From Phoronis australis (Eukaryota > Animalia > Phoronida), in assembly GCA_002633005.1 (NCBI GenBank), contig NMRA01000016.1, positions 923,874-987,873 of the forward strand: 64,000 bases of DNA, given 5' to 3'. Within the stretch, counting starts at the first letter, position 1. Each line of letters begins with the position of its first letter. Below are positions 27,305-41,281 of the stretch, piece by piece. Both the position numbers and the translations under genes were made by a program. The notes under the pieces are model-generated. The model was not told the origin of the DNA. It made no database searches and saw nothing but the letters and a program-made list of their open reading frames with translations.

Positions 27305-27382
27305 GATTGGTCAATTGCAAGAAAAGTGAACTACAAATCTGGACATCGAAGCCGCGACATAACTTCGACCTATCAAGTGTGA
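27305..27382 (+). CDS. Gene A terminal coding exon
   Basis: ttttgtttttgtag acceptor, phase 0 matching the previous donor; DWSIARKVNYKSGHRSRDITSTYQV then TGA. Confidence 0.7.
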   Translation, partial: DWSIARKVNYKSGHRSRDITSTYQV

Positions 27383-30300
27383 AGAGAACTAGATTGCTAA
27401 GAACTGAATGACATAATAGTATACAAACATGGTGGTTTGCATCAGGATGTTCAGTAATCGCTCAGTTCACCTACTTGGGAAAATGTACTTCTATCGACTA
27501 AAATTTTTGGAGAATCAGATTTTCAAGATTTACTCTATATGCGTTTGAACGAAGTAGTTGTTGTACCAATCGTTGAACATCTACCAATACAACTGTAAGT
27601 ACGTCAGTCGATTATGGAGTGGCTTGATAGCCGGTAGATAGTGGCGTTTCCATCCCTGATCTGTCTCCAGAACAATCCTGCACCAATAAAATGTGTTTCC
27701 AAGAAATTACACACAAGTCAAAATGAAACCACTCTGCACAGCGACAATTAGCGAAATTAAAAGATGAAAGGAATCTTGTGCGATGATGCAGAACACACGA
27801 TGATCGCCTGCGCAATGTACATTATATAGCTCATGAATGTGAAACGCTGTTGACATACAATGTACCATCATCAGGTCCTCAAACAATGCAAAGACAATTA
27901 AGTGCAGGTACTGTAGAGGCGTGGCCAAACAATCTGTACTTTCACATAACAGTGTTCTTGTTGTGCATATTCCCCGTTAGCATTTAATGTACTATCACAA
28001 AGAATCAAAATCTTCAAGAGATAGGCCATGATTAAAACTATAGCTACATCTGAGAAATCTGGGCAATAAGATTTCACGCGCAGTATTGCTTTCAGCGTGT
28101 CGCTTCTGTTTACACTGTAGTAGTTAATCTCGGATACCTCAATGATAACGTGCCTTGATAACCCAATGCTGTCCTGTTGCGTGTCGCTGTAACGAGTCCT
28201 TAGTTCACTCCCACTCTGACTTTATTGTGATAGCCCGCTTTCTGACTCTCTTGTTATTGTGCAAGTCTTTGGAACATTGTTAGCAGTGGATAGACTTTTA
28301 TCTGCATCCATTGGTAGACTAGACCATTTTCAATAGACCAAAACTATGACCATTTACAATGCAGCTGAACGTTTCAGTATATAGAAGAAACGCAAACTTC
28401 GACTAAACCCAAAATGGATCTACAACGTGTCCGAAGACGTTTAGGTGTACGACTGTAATAACTTGTTTGTTTAGTCTTGCGCGTATAACGTTACTGTTTG
28501 TTTCATAACTATTTTTTATCCTTTACCAATTAGCATTTGCATATTTTTATATCTGTAGGCGTGTATACTATTCAAATTACACGTTCGGTTCATGTATTAA
28601 AAACAACATTAAATCATTTGATTTGAAAAAAGACTGGCTCTATGGAAATGTGTTTTTTAATATTTCCGTGTTTGCTTTATTTATGTGGTAAAAAAGACCG
28701 TGTGTGGTCTCGACATGTCGTAGCTATGTTCGGACGATTCCTTAATGTCGGCGAAGAACCCATATGTAGAGAGGTTGTAAATGCTGCACTCGAGTCGAAA
28801 TCGAAAGAGAATTTCATTTCCAGTTAGCTACTGTACGAAACAAGTCGAGTGTAAGTCGCACGAGGGCGCTGCGTAGGAACATATGGAATTTCAAAAAATA
28901 CATGAATCCCAGTAGCTCAAGGGCTAGAGAAACCTCCTGAATTTATTGTTCGTACAATTATTGCACTGTAGAATCTTAATTTTTAACTGTTATTGTTTGA
29001 GTAATAATGTCACGTATGTTTATAGTGTGTTTGTAATTGGTAATAATAAAGGTGTCCAAGACTTAAGGATCACCTGCTGTCATTTTTCTCCAGTTATGGC
29101 ATTCAGATTTAAGATTCACAAACATTAAATTTTCAAAACACACGGCAGTTTCAAAAATTGAATATCAATATATTTTCTGTAATAACTCGGCGACCAAGCT
29201 TGCACAAGAAAGACCAAGGGATTTTTTCTTGAAGAATCACCAACACTGCCATCACGTCACCAAGAACAGTTCAACTATAGGCCTATTTGAAGTACAGTGT
29301 ACACTAATACGTTACCAACAATAGCATCAGATTCAAATACAACATGGGCACAGCAATCCTTTAAAAGCCATTATGCATCTGCGATTCGACTCACACACTT
29401 ACATGCATACTATCGCTATTATATGGGAAATCTACGAAGGAAATGACTGCGTGTGTTTCTGTATTTTGATTACTGAGCGCTAACGTAAGGTTTGCTGTGC
29501 AGCCGCATCACACCACATTCCGAGTCTCAATAGCTAAAAAGAAAAACACTAAACGGACGGAAAATGATGCAAAATGATACACGACAGGCTTTCACATATC
29601 GTCTGAATCGAAGGCTTTAGTACCTACAGAGGACACTGCGCATAACTAGGAAACCCACAACTTCAGGACTCAGGTACGCCATAACATGCAGGGGCCAATC
29701 CTACTGTACACCAGTTGTGCTTTCCGTAGTCCCAGTTTCTTTCGAGAAAAAAGAACTCAAAAGACTTCGCGAGATATCGCCATTTACTGTAATGCAAGCG
29801 AGCCATGCAGTCATTAAAATAGCGAGATTCTAGGGCTCACAAATTTCTACTCTGGATTGATTCCACTAGCGCGACCATGTGCTTTGGTAGTAATGTATGG
29901 CAATATCTCACGCCATTTTGTGAGTTTTTGCGTTTTCGCGAGTTTCTGTGTTCTCAGTACAGAACGTAGGTCTGGTTTTCTGTTTTCATCTGGAGGCTCT
30001 GGTCCAACTGGCCCATGAGACCGTGTCTTGGTACACCGAAAATATACTTTACCTGTCTTCGTGAAGGACTTCTCAACGAGTCCCCTTATCGAGCTCTATC
30101 CCGGTATGAAATGTTACCGATTTTCAGTTGCGAGTTAGCACGGCTCTTTTGTACGTATCTTCCGGTTATGGCAGAGACAACACCTGTATTGTTAAAGGGG
30201 AAAGTTTTGTCAGTTTTGAGAAGAATTTCTGTTTCTTCGAAAGATCAGTTTGTCGTGTATTCTACCTCATAATAGATATCGCTCCTGAACGCCAAGCTGG

Positions 30301-31834
30301 TAAGGACTGTGCTGAATTAAAGGCTTCTACGCCCAATGCCAAGCCATTTAAACAACCTACACTTTCACCTCCGTCGTCAAAAATGTTTATAAAAATTGAA
30401 CCTACAATGACACTGTTGCCAGATATCGCGTCACATATCAACATTGAAGCATAACTCTATAAAACAACTCTGCAGCTAGCGCGTGTGATATTTACATCTT
30501 CAGAAACAAAACAGCAGGGAAAGATGTTCAGGTTTTGTAGGACTTTGGCAAATTTTGGAACGTCAGATCTCAAAAGTGATTTATTGGATTCGTATGAAGC
30601 ATTCAGATACTGTGCTTTTGTATCGATCTCCAAAACGTTGTTAGAAAGTCTTTCGTGTTCCACGTTTTCAAGATGTGATACAAGTACTTAAAATAAAGGA
30701 CATCTGTGATTTTCTAATGATTTAAATATGCATAATACGAAAACGAACTCATAATTTAGAGAACTGTAGCTGCGCTTTTGAGCTTTTAATTCACATTGAA
30801 CAAGGATATCACGTGAAGTTTGTTTACATGTATGTTACTGATACCGTCATTTTGCTATCAACGTACCTTAACTAAATACTACTAAAAATACATGGTCACT
30901 TAACTCAATTAATGACAGATTGGTATCGAATCTAAAATGAAATGCGACAAGCTTTCTACTTAGATAAAATACGTTCTTTTACTGAACTAAAATCCATAGT
31001 TTTCTAGATAAGTCGTGAACACACAGGCCTTTCAGTAAGGTCCTACATTACCTTTAAGTTTCGTACCTTGATAACCGACATCTGCGCGTTGGTCGCTTAA
31101 CGTAACTGACGTACTGTCAACCGTCTTCTCCATCTACTTGCACAAGTGGTACTCACGGGAAGCGGCAGTTGTCATCAGAACCACTGCAGACAGCGAGTTT
31201 AAAATCTGATTCCGTGCTCAATAAAATTGCGACACATATTGGGTCGTGCTGTTATACATGTAGATATCGGCACAAAATCTTCAGATTTGCTGAAGCTTAC
31301 GACCTTCGGATCCCTCCTGTAATACAACATTTGACGTTTAAACTTTACTCCAGTTGAGTGACACGTGCACCTGCGTACCAGGTAAGAAAGTGCAAAACTG
31401 AGTTAATAAGTAGTTCAGTAGTCAAAAAAAATACAAACAAGACGATTGGGCGAATATGGTGAAATTACGCGTGTTTGATGACATGTAAGGTTTCTTTGAC
31501 TCATACATGTAACTGTAAAGAACATCGATTTATCACTTACGTTTGCTAATCTTTTATCACAGTTACTTAAGAAATAAAAATCAGAAAGTTCATAGTAAAG
31601 GAGACTGGTCATTTACATGACGACTTAAGCAGATGATATACTGGGAATCTTTTAAAGTAAATAAATGATAATGTATTGATAGACAGCTTGTAGCGACGGT
31701 AACCAAAGCCTAAAAACAAACGAGCTATACCTTATGGCGCCGTTATCAGTAGTTTGTAGAAATTATTTCATAATCTTGAGTCCGAGCCTTAAACATTGCA
31801 CTCGAAATCTAACTCAAAAGAGGTTCTACTTTAA

Positions 31835-33211
31835 GGTTATCTCAAACATTATTCACAAAAATTGGCCATTTTACAATTTTCACATGGGTCTAGCAAAATA
31901 CCATATCTTTATTCTTGGGGAGAAATTATATACCGTGTAGAGAAAAAACATTAAGCAAAACCACCTTAGAACCCCACAACCACGTGGATACTTGTTTACA
32001 ACTTATCCGAGGTCAAAAGTTACAGGACTTTCACTCAAATCGAATCTGCCGCCAGGCACATAGCAGATTCGTGTGTACCTTCAGTCCTCTCCTTCACCAA
32101 ATTGTCATAATATCGAGCCAACGAGATCTACTTGTACTTATGATTGACTAGTGCCGGGAAAAACAAAGACAAAGCGTACTGCTGTTCCTGAGGGAGTTGT
32201 GCTACGAAAACGTGTCCCCTCACGCATCTGAGGTCATGAACACAGCAAGTTGTGAAAAGAGATAAATCCTCACTCAAAATTCCTTAATTCAATAAGTTAA
32301 TTGACATTCCGCTTTTTCGATGTCATGCTAACAACATGCTTTAACCTCTGACTCGATTTGTGTTCTCATTTTCTTGCTTGGTTTCGTAACAGTCTCCCGG
32401 CAAGTGACGTGTACAGACTATGTGTATAACAATACCCGGGACCTGCTTTTAAGTAGGTCAATTAATAACTGCAACAGTTGATCCCACCTCGTGACTGGGG
32501 ACGGGAAGTTTTAATGATAATTAAGTTAGTTACGATCTGCATGTCCAGTTGACATTGTGAGCAAACGTTAAAATAGCTAACGTGGTTTAGGTTTGTATAG
32601 GTTATTTTTAACGAAAACAAGTTTTTACCGAATAATTAACCAAATACTTTGAGATTTTCACTCGTCCCAGTTTAATCGGCTATTTCTCGACTTCGGCAAA
32701 TCGACTTTATTTGAACTCAGGAACAAGAGTTCTCGTAAACCAAGTGGTGCATTTCGCTTAAACTTTCCAAACTTAATATTTATTCATCAATCTCAAAAAC
32801 TTTGTTAGTATTTTCAATATAAAGGCATATTTTTCCGTAATGTATCAAAGACGAATACGACTTCATATTTTACAAAAAACACCTTACGTTTTGCGAGTTG
32901 ATTTGTCACAGAAACCAAACCAAAAGACTAATCGAAATTCCTGACACAGTTTTTAAGGTGAAGTTTTCATTTAAAAAAAGGTTTCATTGAAATCGACCGA
33001 GGGGCTATTTTGCTACGCATGTACCTTTCTTAAAATGATTTTTTGAATTAAAAAGGCGTTAACGTAATAATATTAATAATAGCACATAAGTATAAAACAT
33101 ATTTGTACATTTTCTTTTTCTTTCAGAAAATAAAGACTTTTACTGGTTGAGAAAGCTTATTTTTTGATTTACATTAAGAATGGAGGCCACTAAATAGGGT
33201 TTGAAATAAGC
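31835..33211. mobile_element. Non-autonomous Kolobok-type element K1, copy 2 (uninterrupted, ~1.4 kb)
   Basis: TTAA|GGTTATCTCAAACATTATT ... AATAGGGTTTGAAATAAGC|TTAA: imperfect TIR, TTAA on both sides; RR..YY consensus termini (right end intact in copy 1). Confidence 0.8.
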
Positions 33212-34012
33212 TTAATACAAACTCAATGTTAGCGTTTATAATATTACTTGCTCCAGTCATGTAATGCTAAACGTGGATAACTTTCTAACCCTAGTTTACA
33301 ATGAACTACCCCAGCATCCAAGCTTCGAGTTCGATCTCGAATTTTCGAGTTTTTACTCGAAATCTGGAGTTTTTACTCGAGTGTTTAACTCAAATCTAGG
33401 GTTCATCAAGTGCAACTTTGAACCATGAACTCATTTGTGTAAACCAGAATGTACAATGTATTTTAGCATTGAGTAATAGACACTAAGCTTGAGTGCAGGT
33501 TAAAGCTGTGTGAAAAAGTCTAAAAGAATTTTAAGTTCGATTTCCACTACAAAGACGAGACCATGGCTGCTGAATGCCTATTCACTTTTGTAAACTAATG
33601 TCGTATGCTGAAGAAATCTGTTGGTTGGGCGCTGAGGGCTTAGTGGCGGCTGGGGGCTGACGGCTGGGGAATGGGCTTCAAAGTGGCCATGTACATGTAC
33701 TTCTCATGGCAATCTCTTTAAATTTTTCATCAATTGATGGGTGGTGTATTGAATGAAGATTGCTTTTTAATGATGCATCCACAATATTATTTTGTGACCA
33801 TTTGTCGAAACTGGTGCTTTTGATAGGTAATTCTAACTACCGAGATGATGTGGTGTGTAATTTTTAATTTCATAGACTGTCCTCAAAAGTAACTTGCCTG
33901 CGCACACAGCCCCTCATTTTCGGGGTGTTCACTCCCAACCGAAAATGTCTGTCTCAGTTCATGAATACTGTCGGCTGTAATGGTCAAGTACCTGTATATA
34001 GTTTGTGAGATG

Positions 34013-34139
34013 CAGGGGGCTATGCCCCCCCCCAAAAAAAAATTATCCCAGCAGTTCAAGGATGCGAATGTCTGACGGGCAAATTCCTGGCTAATATTCT
34101 GTCCTGTCCCCCCAACTCAAAATCCTGAATCCGCCCCTG
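34013..34139. mobile_element. Short hAT-like MITE, copy 2
   Basis: CAGGGG...ATCCGCCCCTG ends; core gcagttcaagg.tgcgaat...gacgggcaaa.t.ctggctaat. Confidence 0.6.
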
Positions 34140-34540
34140 CAGACAATCAGTTTTTGACAGGTCTTGGATTCACTATCTTACTTCCCAATATCAAGAACAA
34201 TACAGTCAAGTGTCGGGCTGTATACCAAGTCCCAGAAGTATTATAAGTGAAAAATCTCACGATTAGTGAACACCGGTGAAATCCGTTCAAAATATGTCCC
34301 AGTAAGAGTTCTGTCACAGTATTTTAATACGCAAATGTTCTAAAAGGTTCAAATAGACTAGAACTTTGCACTCAGACAGTACTTACATACACATTCTTAA
34401 TTGAATCCTAAGAATGGTCTGTGAACATCAAGGATTGTAGTACAATAGGAAGGTTTACTAGTGAGTTCGTCTTAATCGCAACTACTAGCGCCGCCAAGTG
34501 GCCAATAAGCAACAGTAATGTAAGAAGCGATAGAACAATT

Positions 34541-34636
34541 CGGAAGAGCACATTTTGCAGTGCGATAAATTGCGCTAATTTATCCAAGAAACCCCAAGAC
34601 GTGTCATTTCTTACGTTTCCTAAGGACCCCTCAAAG
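34541..34636 (+). pseudogene. THAP zinc-finger N-terminal fragment (transposase relic)
   Basis: RKSTFCSAINCANLSKKPQDVSFLTFPKDPSK: CxxxxC...FxxFP THAP signature; no continuation found. Confidence 0.65.
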
Positions 34637-37600
34637 CTTAAGTCAATTATAGACAGAGATCGTGTACATTCGTATTATAGTTTACATAACAGCCACAGGC
34701 TTCGCATACCAAAGTCAGCCATTACACGAATGCTCAAAACAAAAACAGCACAGCAGTTCAGCATGGTAGTGAGCTATTCTAATTCATATTCCTGGGTTGT
34801 ATAAGGTCTGTGTTTGATTAAGTATGTGATCTGACATGAATTTGTTGTTTGTTTATTAATCTAACTTGGGTTTTTTACTTCAAATGGATTTGCTCCAGCG
34901 TTGGTTATGTACTGTTTGATTTGTTTACTTTCTTGAGGCTGAACTGTCCCCTGAAATCTATCCACACACGTTCTTAACAGGATGGCACAGTGTTCACAGC
35001 AACATCCCAGAGCCAAATAACCATTTCCTTATATCGCAACAGTGTGATGAATTTCGTATGATTTCTATTAGTTGAACTAGGGAATCACTAAAACAATCTT
35101 AACAACCGTTATTAAGATTGTTTTCGTGAGTCACTTATTTCAGTTGCACAACATTACTGTCCTGGTAATACCCACATCAAACAGTCCATTTAAAAAATGA
35201 TATCAACAACCATGTTTGTACTGGACTTAACAAAGCAAAACTAGTTCTGTACACAACTGACAATGACCTTGATCACATTTGTTTTAGGCTAAAACAGAAG
35301 CACCACCTTTATTTACGTAGGCGGTAATTTTAAAGTTCGTGACATTGGATTTATTATGACGTACATGTAGATGTGCTACACAGTGAAAGCTTTGTTCAGC
35401 AAACTGTTGCACGGTTGCGTACCTTTTGCTTTCAGAAATGTCTTGAAGCAGTACATGTTACCACTTGGAATGGGCAACTTAAAAATTCCGGAAGTTAGTC
35501 CATGTCTTCTAAATTTTGATTTCTGATTAGATCGGCACGTAGGTTCACAATCCCAGCACAGAAAAGGAAGTAGTTATCCACTGATTCTGTGCTTTACACT
35601 GAAATACTGGTACTCAGAATTTTGAAAACTTTTTGCTCGCTCCAAATGAATTCTTACTGTAGAAATGCGCAATGTTTTGTCAGACCTTTTTACTAAGGTG
35701 TGACTTGCCTTTGGTGAAAGCTGGTATGTTTAACTTAACTCGTCTTGGAAACAGGAGTTCATCAATAGTAAAACCTCTATCTGCCATAACTGTGTCTGTG
35801 GGTAAAAGGTATTTCAGAAATCCAGATTTTTGAACAATGTATTTGTCACTACCCCTGCCCCCCTCCCAAATGCTTTAGATGCGTACATAGTGTATCCATT
35901 TTTGGTGCAATTGCAACCATATACTTTGCAGTATTGTGTGATTTGTACTGGTTTTAGGTTTCACCCCCTATCAATGATTTCAAATCAGCTGATCTGCTAC
36001 CAAATACAAAACACAAGCAGGCACACTAGCTCAGAAGACTTGTTTTACAGACATGCTGTACTGACTGCAGTGTTTAGTCTAGCATGCCTGTAATGGCGTG
36101 ACCTCAATATGGCGCTCCCCAGGAAATTCGGCAGTTTCCGTAATGGAATCTGTCTATATTGCTATGCTGTTTAACCAAACTTTGGCTTTCAAAACGGCAC
36201 AAAACAAAAATTGAGACAAAAAACTACAAGAAAACCAGAGAAGGTAGATCAACTGTTATTTGTCACAGTTCCATAACACTCGGCTGAAGTGAAAACAATA
36301 GTCAAACAACTTTTACCCTTGAACCCAAGAGCGGTGAAATCCTGTACCTACGGAATTTCTGTTTGTAGTAAATATACGAGCGATCAGTTCCAGATCCTCT
36401 GTTAGATAATTCGCTTCCAAACCTTTATAAATTGTTTTTGTTTTTGAGATTTTTTGAAAAATGTACTTGAAAAATTGTTATTCGTAAGATGAGTGTTTGT
36501 AGAGATTGCAATAATTTCTTATCCCCGAATGTACGCACCAGTATGCAATAAGATTGGACATAGGCAGGAGACTGTTGTTGTCAGGCACTTTATTTGCTCA
36601 AGAAAAATGTTATGATAGTCGTTTTAACTATTTCCATCGCAATTATGTCATAAGGATATGTAAGGTCCTCTCCAACTGGCTCCGTTTTCATTGGGAACAT
36701 GGATTTTTCTTCGCAGGGATACACCTTGTTTCCACACGTCTTCACTTAATTCGAAAAATCAAAAACATAAACTTTCAAACATGCGAAATTTTAAAACTAA
36801 CGTTTTCTTTATGGATGGGAATTCCTTCCTCCCGTATCTACAGAATTAGAAGACAAGTGCATTTTTTTGCAAATTCTGTCCAGAGTAGATTTTTGTTTTG
36901 AAAATATGTCTTGCATTTCGGATTCGATTTCCTTCTACAGCTGTACATGTGTGGACTAAATTTCACAACCAAACATGCTCTCCAGAGTGGATTTCTATCA
37001 CTCAAAATTTGTGTTACTTATACGCGCGGGCAGGGCTGGCCTATGCACAAGGCCCACTAAACACCTGTCCACGACCACGATGGCCCGACGCCGATTCATG
37101 TTCTTATCAACTTGCTATCACAATAAAAGTCCAATGATATAAGATAACGCGATAAGTGCTGGAATTATCACTGAGCAAACTAAACAGGTGCAGGGTCCCG
37201 CCTGTGGCAACTGACAAAGACTCACGCATTTTTTTAGCAAGCAGGGTCGAAAAAAGTTGTAACTTTTCTTTTTACTTTTAGGGTGCTGTCGATCGAAATG
37301 ACGTCAAAAGATCCACTTTCCATGCAACAAATATGTGCTGAAAGGCAGCGATAGTTGTGTATCGCTAAAACTGCTTATGACAGAGCTTTCCAAAAAAACG
37401 CTTTTAAGTGTTCCTTTTTGAGACGCGCCAGGTGTGCATAAATGTTAGCATGAAAAGAACGTTAAACTGTTTACACTAACGCTTCTCACAACTTCTTGTG
37501 TGTAGAGGGTTGTAATGCTTAAAAAGTCAAAACAGCCCATGCCAATTGATGTATGGATTTCGCAAGCTGTTGTTTAAACTTGCGAGATCCATGCGACGTG

Positions 37601-39011
37601 TTTAAACGCGAAAAACGCAACGAAAATGTGCACGGAGAACGTTTGGAAATCAGTAGGAAAACAATTTTTGTCCTAGTGGACAGAGAACGTATTGTAAACG
37701 ATGCGAAAACGATTCTGTTCGTGTGGACGGAGAATGTTTCCAAAATGTTAACAGTTGCGTTTTCAAATGGGAACACATTGGTGTGGAGCTTAAATGTTGA
37801 TGCTTTTTTTAGTACATCGTAACCCAATAAGTGGTCTGAAAGTCTCACTGCCTCCCAAGCACACTTAGAGGTTACGTTTGAACCAACTGTAAGTGGGTAC
37901 ATGTACATGTACCTCGTTGAGGCATACAATAATCAGAAAAAGTTTCCAATGCGTTGTAGCATTTGTGACACCACAAAGTGAAAATGGTGTGATTTCAGAG
38001 TACGTTTGAAAATCAATACTTGCACACAGCATCAAATTATTGTCGCACGATTGGAGCCGAGAAACACAATTTGCAATTATTAGACGTGGCAATCACAGCG
38101 TCAACAAGAAAGTTGGATGGTTTTTGCACAATATGTTTACAGGTTAAACAATACACTGCATGTTCGATGATTACCTGCTTCGTCGAATCAGTTTTGACCA
38201 TTTTAGAAACTCACCATTGTTTCCCGTTTGCGTCTTCCACCGATCGAGTTGATGAAGTCTTGACCACAAGTACATGTACATTGACGGCAATCGGGTCGGA
38301 ATGTACATATGTCACCTTACTGGGGTCGTCTTTGAGATTCTGCCATCTTAGTTTTAACACTTGCCCTTCCGCTTTAGGAAATACTTAACAAGATAAGTCG
38401 TAACTGGAGAATCACCATTTTTAAATGGAGTTTAAAAACTCTGTTTTAGAACACGCATGGCTATTATGCTAATCTTTATGGTTAATGGAGCAGCCTTTAA
38501 ACTGATAATTTTGTTGAATTTTGCCAGCTTGATCAGTTACGTACGTGCTAGGGAAAAGGCCAACACCTTAGTGTTTTGTCTCCAATTTGAAGTACTGATG
38601 CTACGGGCGTGATTGCATACATGAAGGGTGACCGTCCAACTCAACTCATGCATGCTCATTAGCTATACTGACAGAGGAGTGACACCAGTTTTCAAATGCT
38701 TTAACATTTACACGGGCGGCGCGCAACATAGGGTTCTGGAGGCTACGGCCCCACTTATTTCGGTGCTACGCCGACCATGACTTAAGGCATTTATTAATGA
38801 GAATTATCACCTTGTAAACTAACTTTCGCCACAATAAACATGCCTGCAGTATCCAAAGTTAACTTCCCACTATAGGAAATACTGGAACTAGTGCAGAGGC
38901 ATCTTTGAACAAAGCTGTTCAACCAGACGGCAATTAAATTTATATTTTATGTCAACTGAACCCGACTATGTTTCGTTATCTGCTGATTTCAGAATTAATT
39001 CTGCGTTAGTG

Positions 39012-39081
39012 ATGAACATGAAGATCTGGTTTTTAATGCTTCCGTTTTTGAGCACTTGGCGAGTTGATGGACATCCCACAG
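39012..39081 (+). CDS. Gene B first coding exon: signal peptide
   Basis: MNMKIWFLMLPFLSTWRVDG-HPT, then a phase-1 CAG|GTAAGT donor; tttcag acceptor ending at 38992 implies an upstream non-coding exon. Confidence 0.75.
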
Positions 39082-41134
39082 GTAAGTTTTAAGATCGATA
39101 ACTGTAATTGCCTGAGTACTGAGTCAGGAAAATGTCTTCTACATGTATTCTGAGGCCTGCTCTGAAAGCGCAAGACATTCGCGGGGCACTTGGGTCGAGC
39201 AATGCTCGCTTACGTGTCTGGAAAGGAAATACAGAAATCTTATACATGCTTCAATATTATACATGTAGATTCGTGGGTCATTTTTCCAGTTACGGGAGTA
39301 AATGTAAGTCTGATCGGCATTTACATAGAGGAACTGCGAGATGGCTCGTGTAGTGAACATGGCGCGGACAGCGCGTTTGTCCAATGTTAACCAGAGCTCC
39401 ATCTGGTCGTTGTAATTGAGTCATACGATATTTTGCTGGCAAAAGCAATGAATACACCTGTGGCTGAAATCAATAAGATTAAAACTCATTAACTTGTGAC
39501 TCATAAATTTGCAGTAACAATTGAGTTTAACAATGGAAATAATTGGGTTTAACAAGGAAAAGCCATTTCACTTCCATGTCATGGAAAACGTTAGGAGCGT
39601 CAGTCCACTTAATCCACAATGGGACCGAAGAGAACACTGTGCTCACGATAGGCACTCGTTGAGTTTTTGCTCCTTCAATAATGTTTTAAGGTCTTATCTG
39701 TTTCATGAAGGATTAATACCCACTGCGCGCTTGCCACTAAAGCAAACGTGTCTACTTTAATTCGTTGATAGCTAGTCTTTTGAGTTCATGCTACTCGAGA
39801 ATAATGAAACGCACGTTCTATATGTGTTTCTGCGTAGACCATTAGCTAAATGAAAATAAGGTCAATAGTCGACTTTTTTTATTACTTGTTTCATTGTCCG
39901 GCAGCAGAAACCAATCCAAATTTAGAGTTGATTGTTTTAGTAGTCTGGGGCTAGTGCCAGCCACATTACAAGGCACTTAGTGCTTTACCTTGAGGAGTCG
40001 ATCCTGGTACACACTTTTCAAAGTTTGTGCCATTTATAGTTGAATTTTGTGATGTACCTTCATATAAAGCATCTAGAATACGTGTGTCACTAACTCATAC
40101 GGTTTTATTAAAAATGTTTACGAGATACGCCCATACGGCGTTTTTGTCTTCCAAAATAGCCTTCGGGAAGTAAGTGGACACCAACGGCTCATAATCAAAA
40201 AATCAAAAGCAAATTAATTCCCAGTCTCATATTAAAAACATCTTCGTTATGTTCATGCATATCTATAATCAGAATCTCCTGTGAACTTATTATTAGAGTG
40301 CTCGAGCCCTTTAACGTAGATTTGCCCAGGTGGATGCATTCGGTGCTACCACATTTAAGCTATCACGTACAGTACAACATATGTTTGTGTTGCTTTTGGT
40401 CCAACATACCATTGGACGAATATACTTCCCGGAATTATATACGAAAATCTCGTCAATCTTTCTTGTATCTCGCTAGAATACTGTAGCTATCGATTTGTTG
40501 ATTACTGATCCAATTTAAAACCAGAGGACGCTGCAAAGCTGGAATGTTGGTTTAGTAAAAGCGAAGTAAGTTCAGAACTGTAATCTCGGAAAACTTTTGC
40601 CCACAAATGATTCACCAATCTGGACAATTTTGCCATATCTTGAGTCCAAACAATGTCGGAGGATTATTGGAGACTCGGGAAGCCGGTGCCTAGTTGGTAG
40701 GCATCACGTAAAGTCATCCCAACGTAATACAATGATTTCAAAAGTTAACTACCTCCTTAAACAATATCCACGTGACCGGGACAAGGAAAATCACAAAAAT
40801 TCCTGGACCAGTGACCATAAAATTTACATGAGGCTTGAGAGAGACTCGACTCAACCGCTCTCATGTTGGACACTGAATTCATTCCAAGCGCGGCACACTT
40901 TTCGTCACCAGGGCCGAGTTCTGTGCAAAATGTTCGAGGTTAGGGAATTGGTTTCTTGGATTTCAGACTAGAAATCATGCATGATGTCTTCAAAACGCCA
41001 TTGGTGTTACCGGTATTGGACGCTAAGTTTATCCCGAGCTGTCACATGGGCTACACGTTTTCCTGTTCCGAACTTAATTGACACCATGTTATACCCATGT
41101 CGTTTTCTTCAAATGTCTCATTGCTTTTTCTCAG

Positions 41135-41281
41135 CGACACAAGGTATTGGAATAAAGTGTAAGTCCACCGACAAATGTAATGACGACGGGATTGTAAACG
41201 GAACTTGTCTCAAGTACAAAGGTCGGTGTGGTTGTATTGACGGATACTACGCCAACTATGCCAGCAAAGATTGTAGAAAAG
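41135..41281 (+). CDS. Gene B repeat exon 1
   Basis: ttttctcag / GTGGGT, 147 nt; TQGIGIKCKSTDKCNDDGIVNGTCLKYKGRCGCIDGYYANYASKDCRK. Confidence 0.85.
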
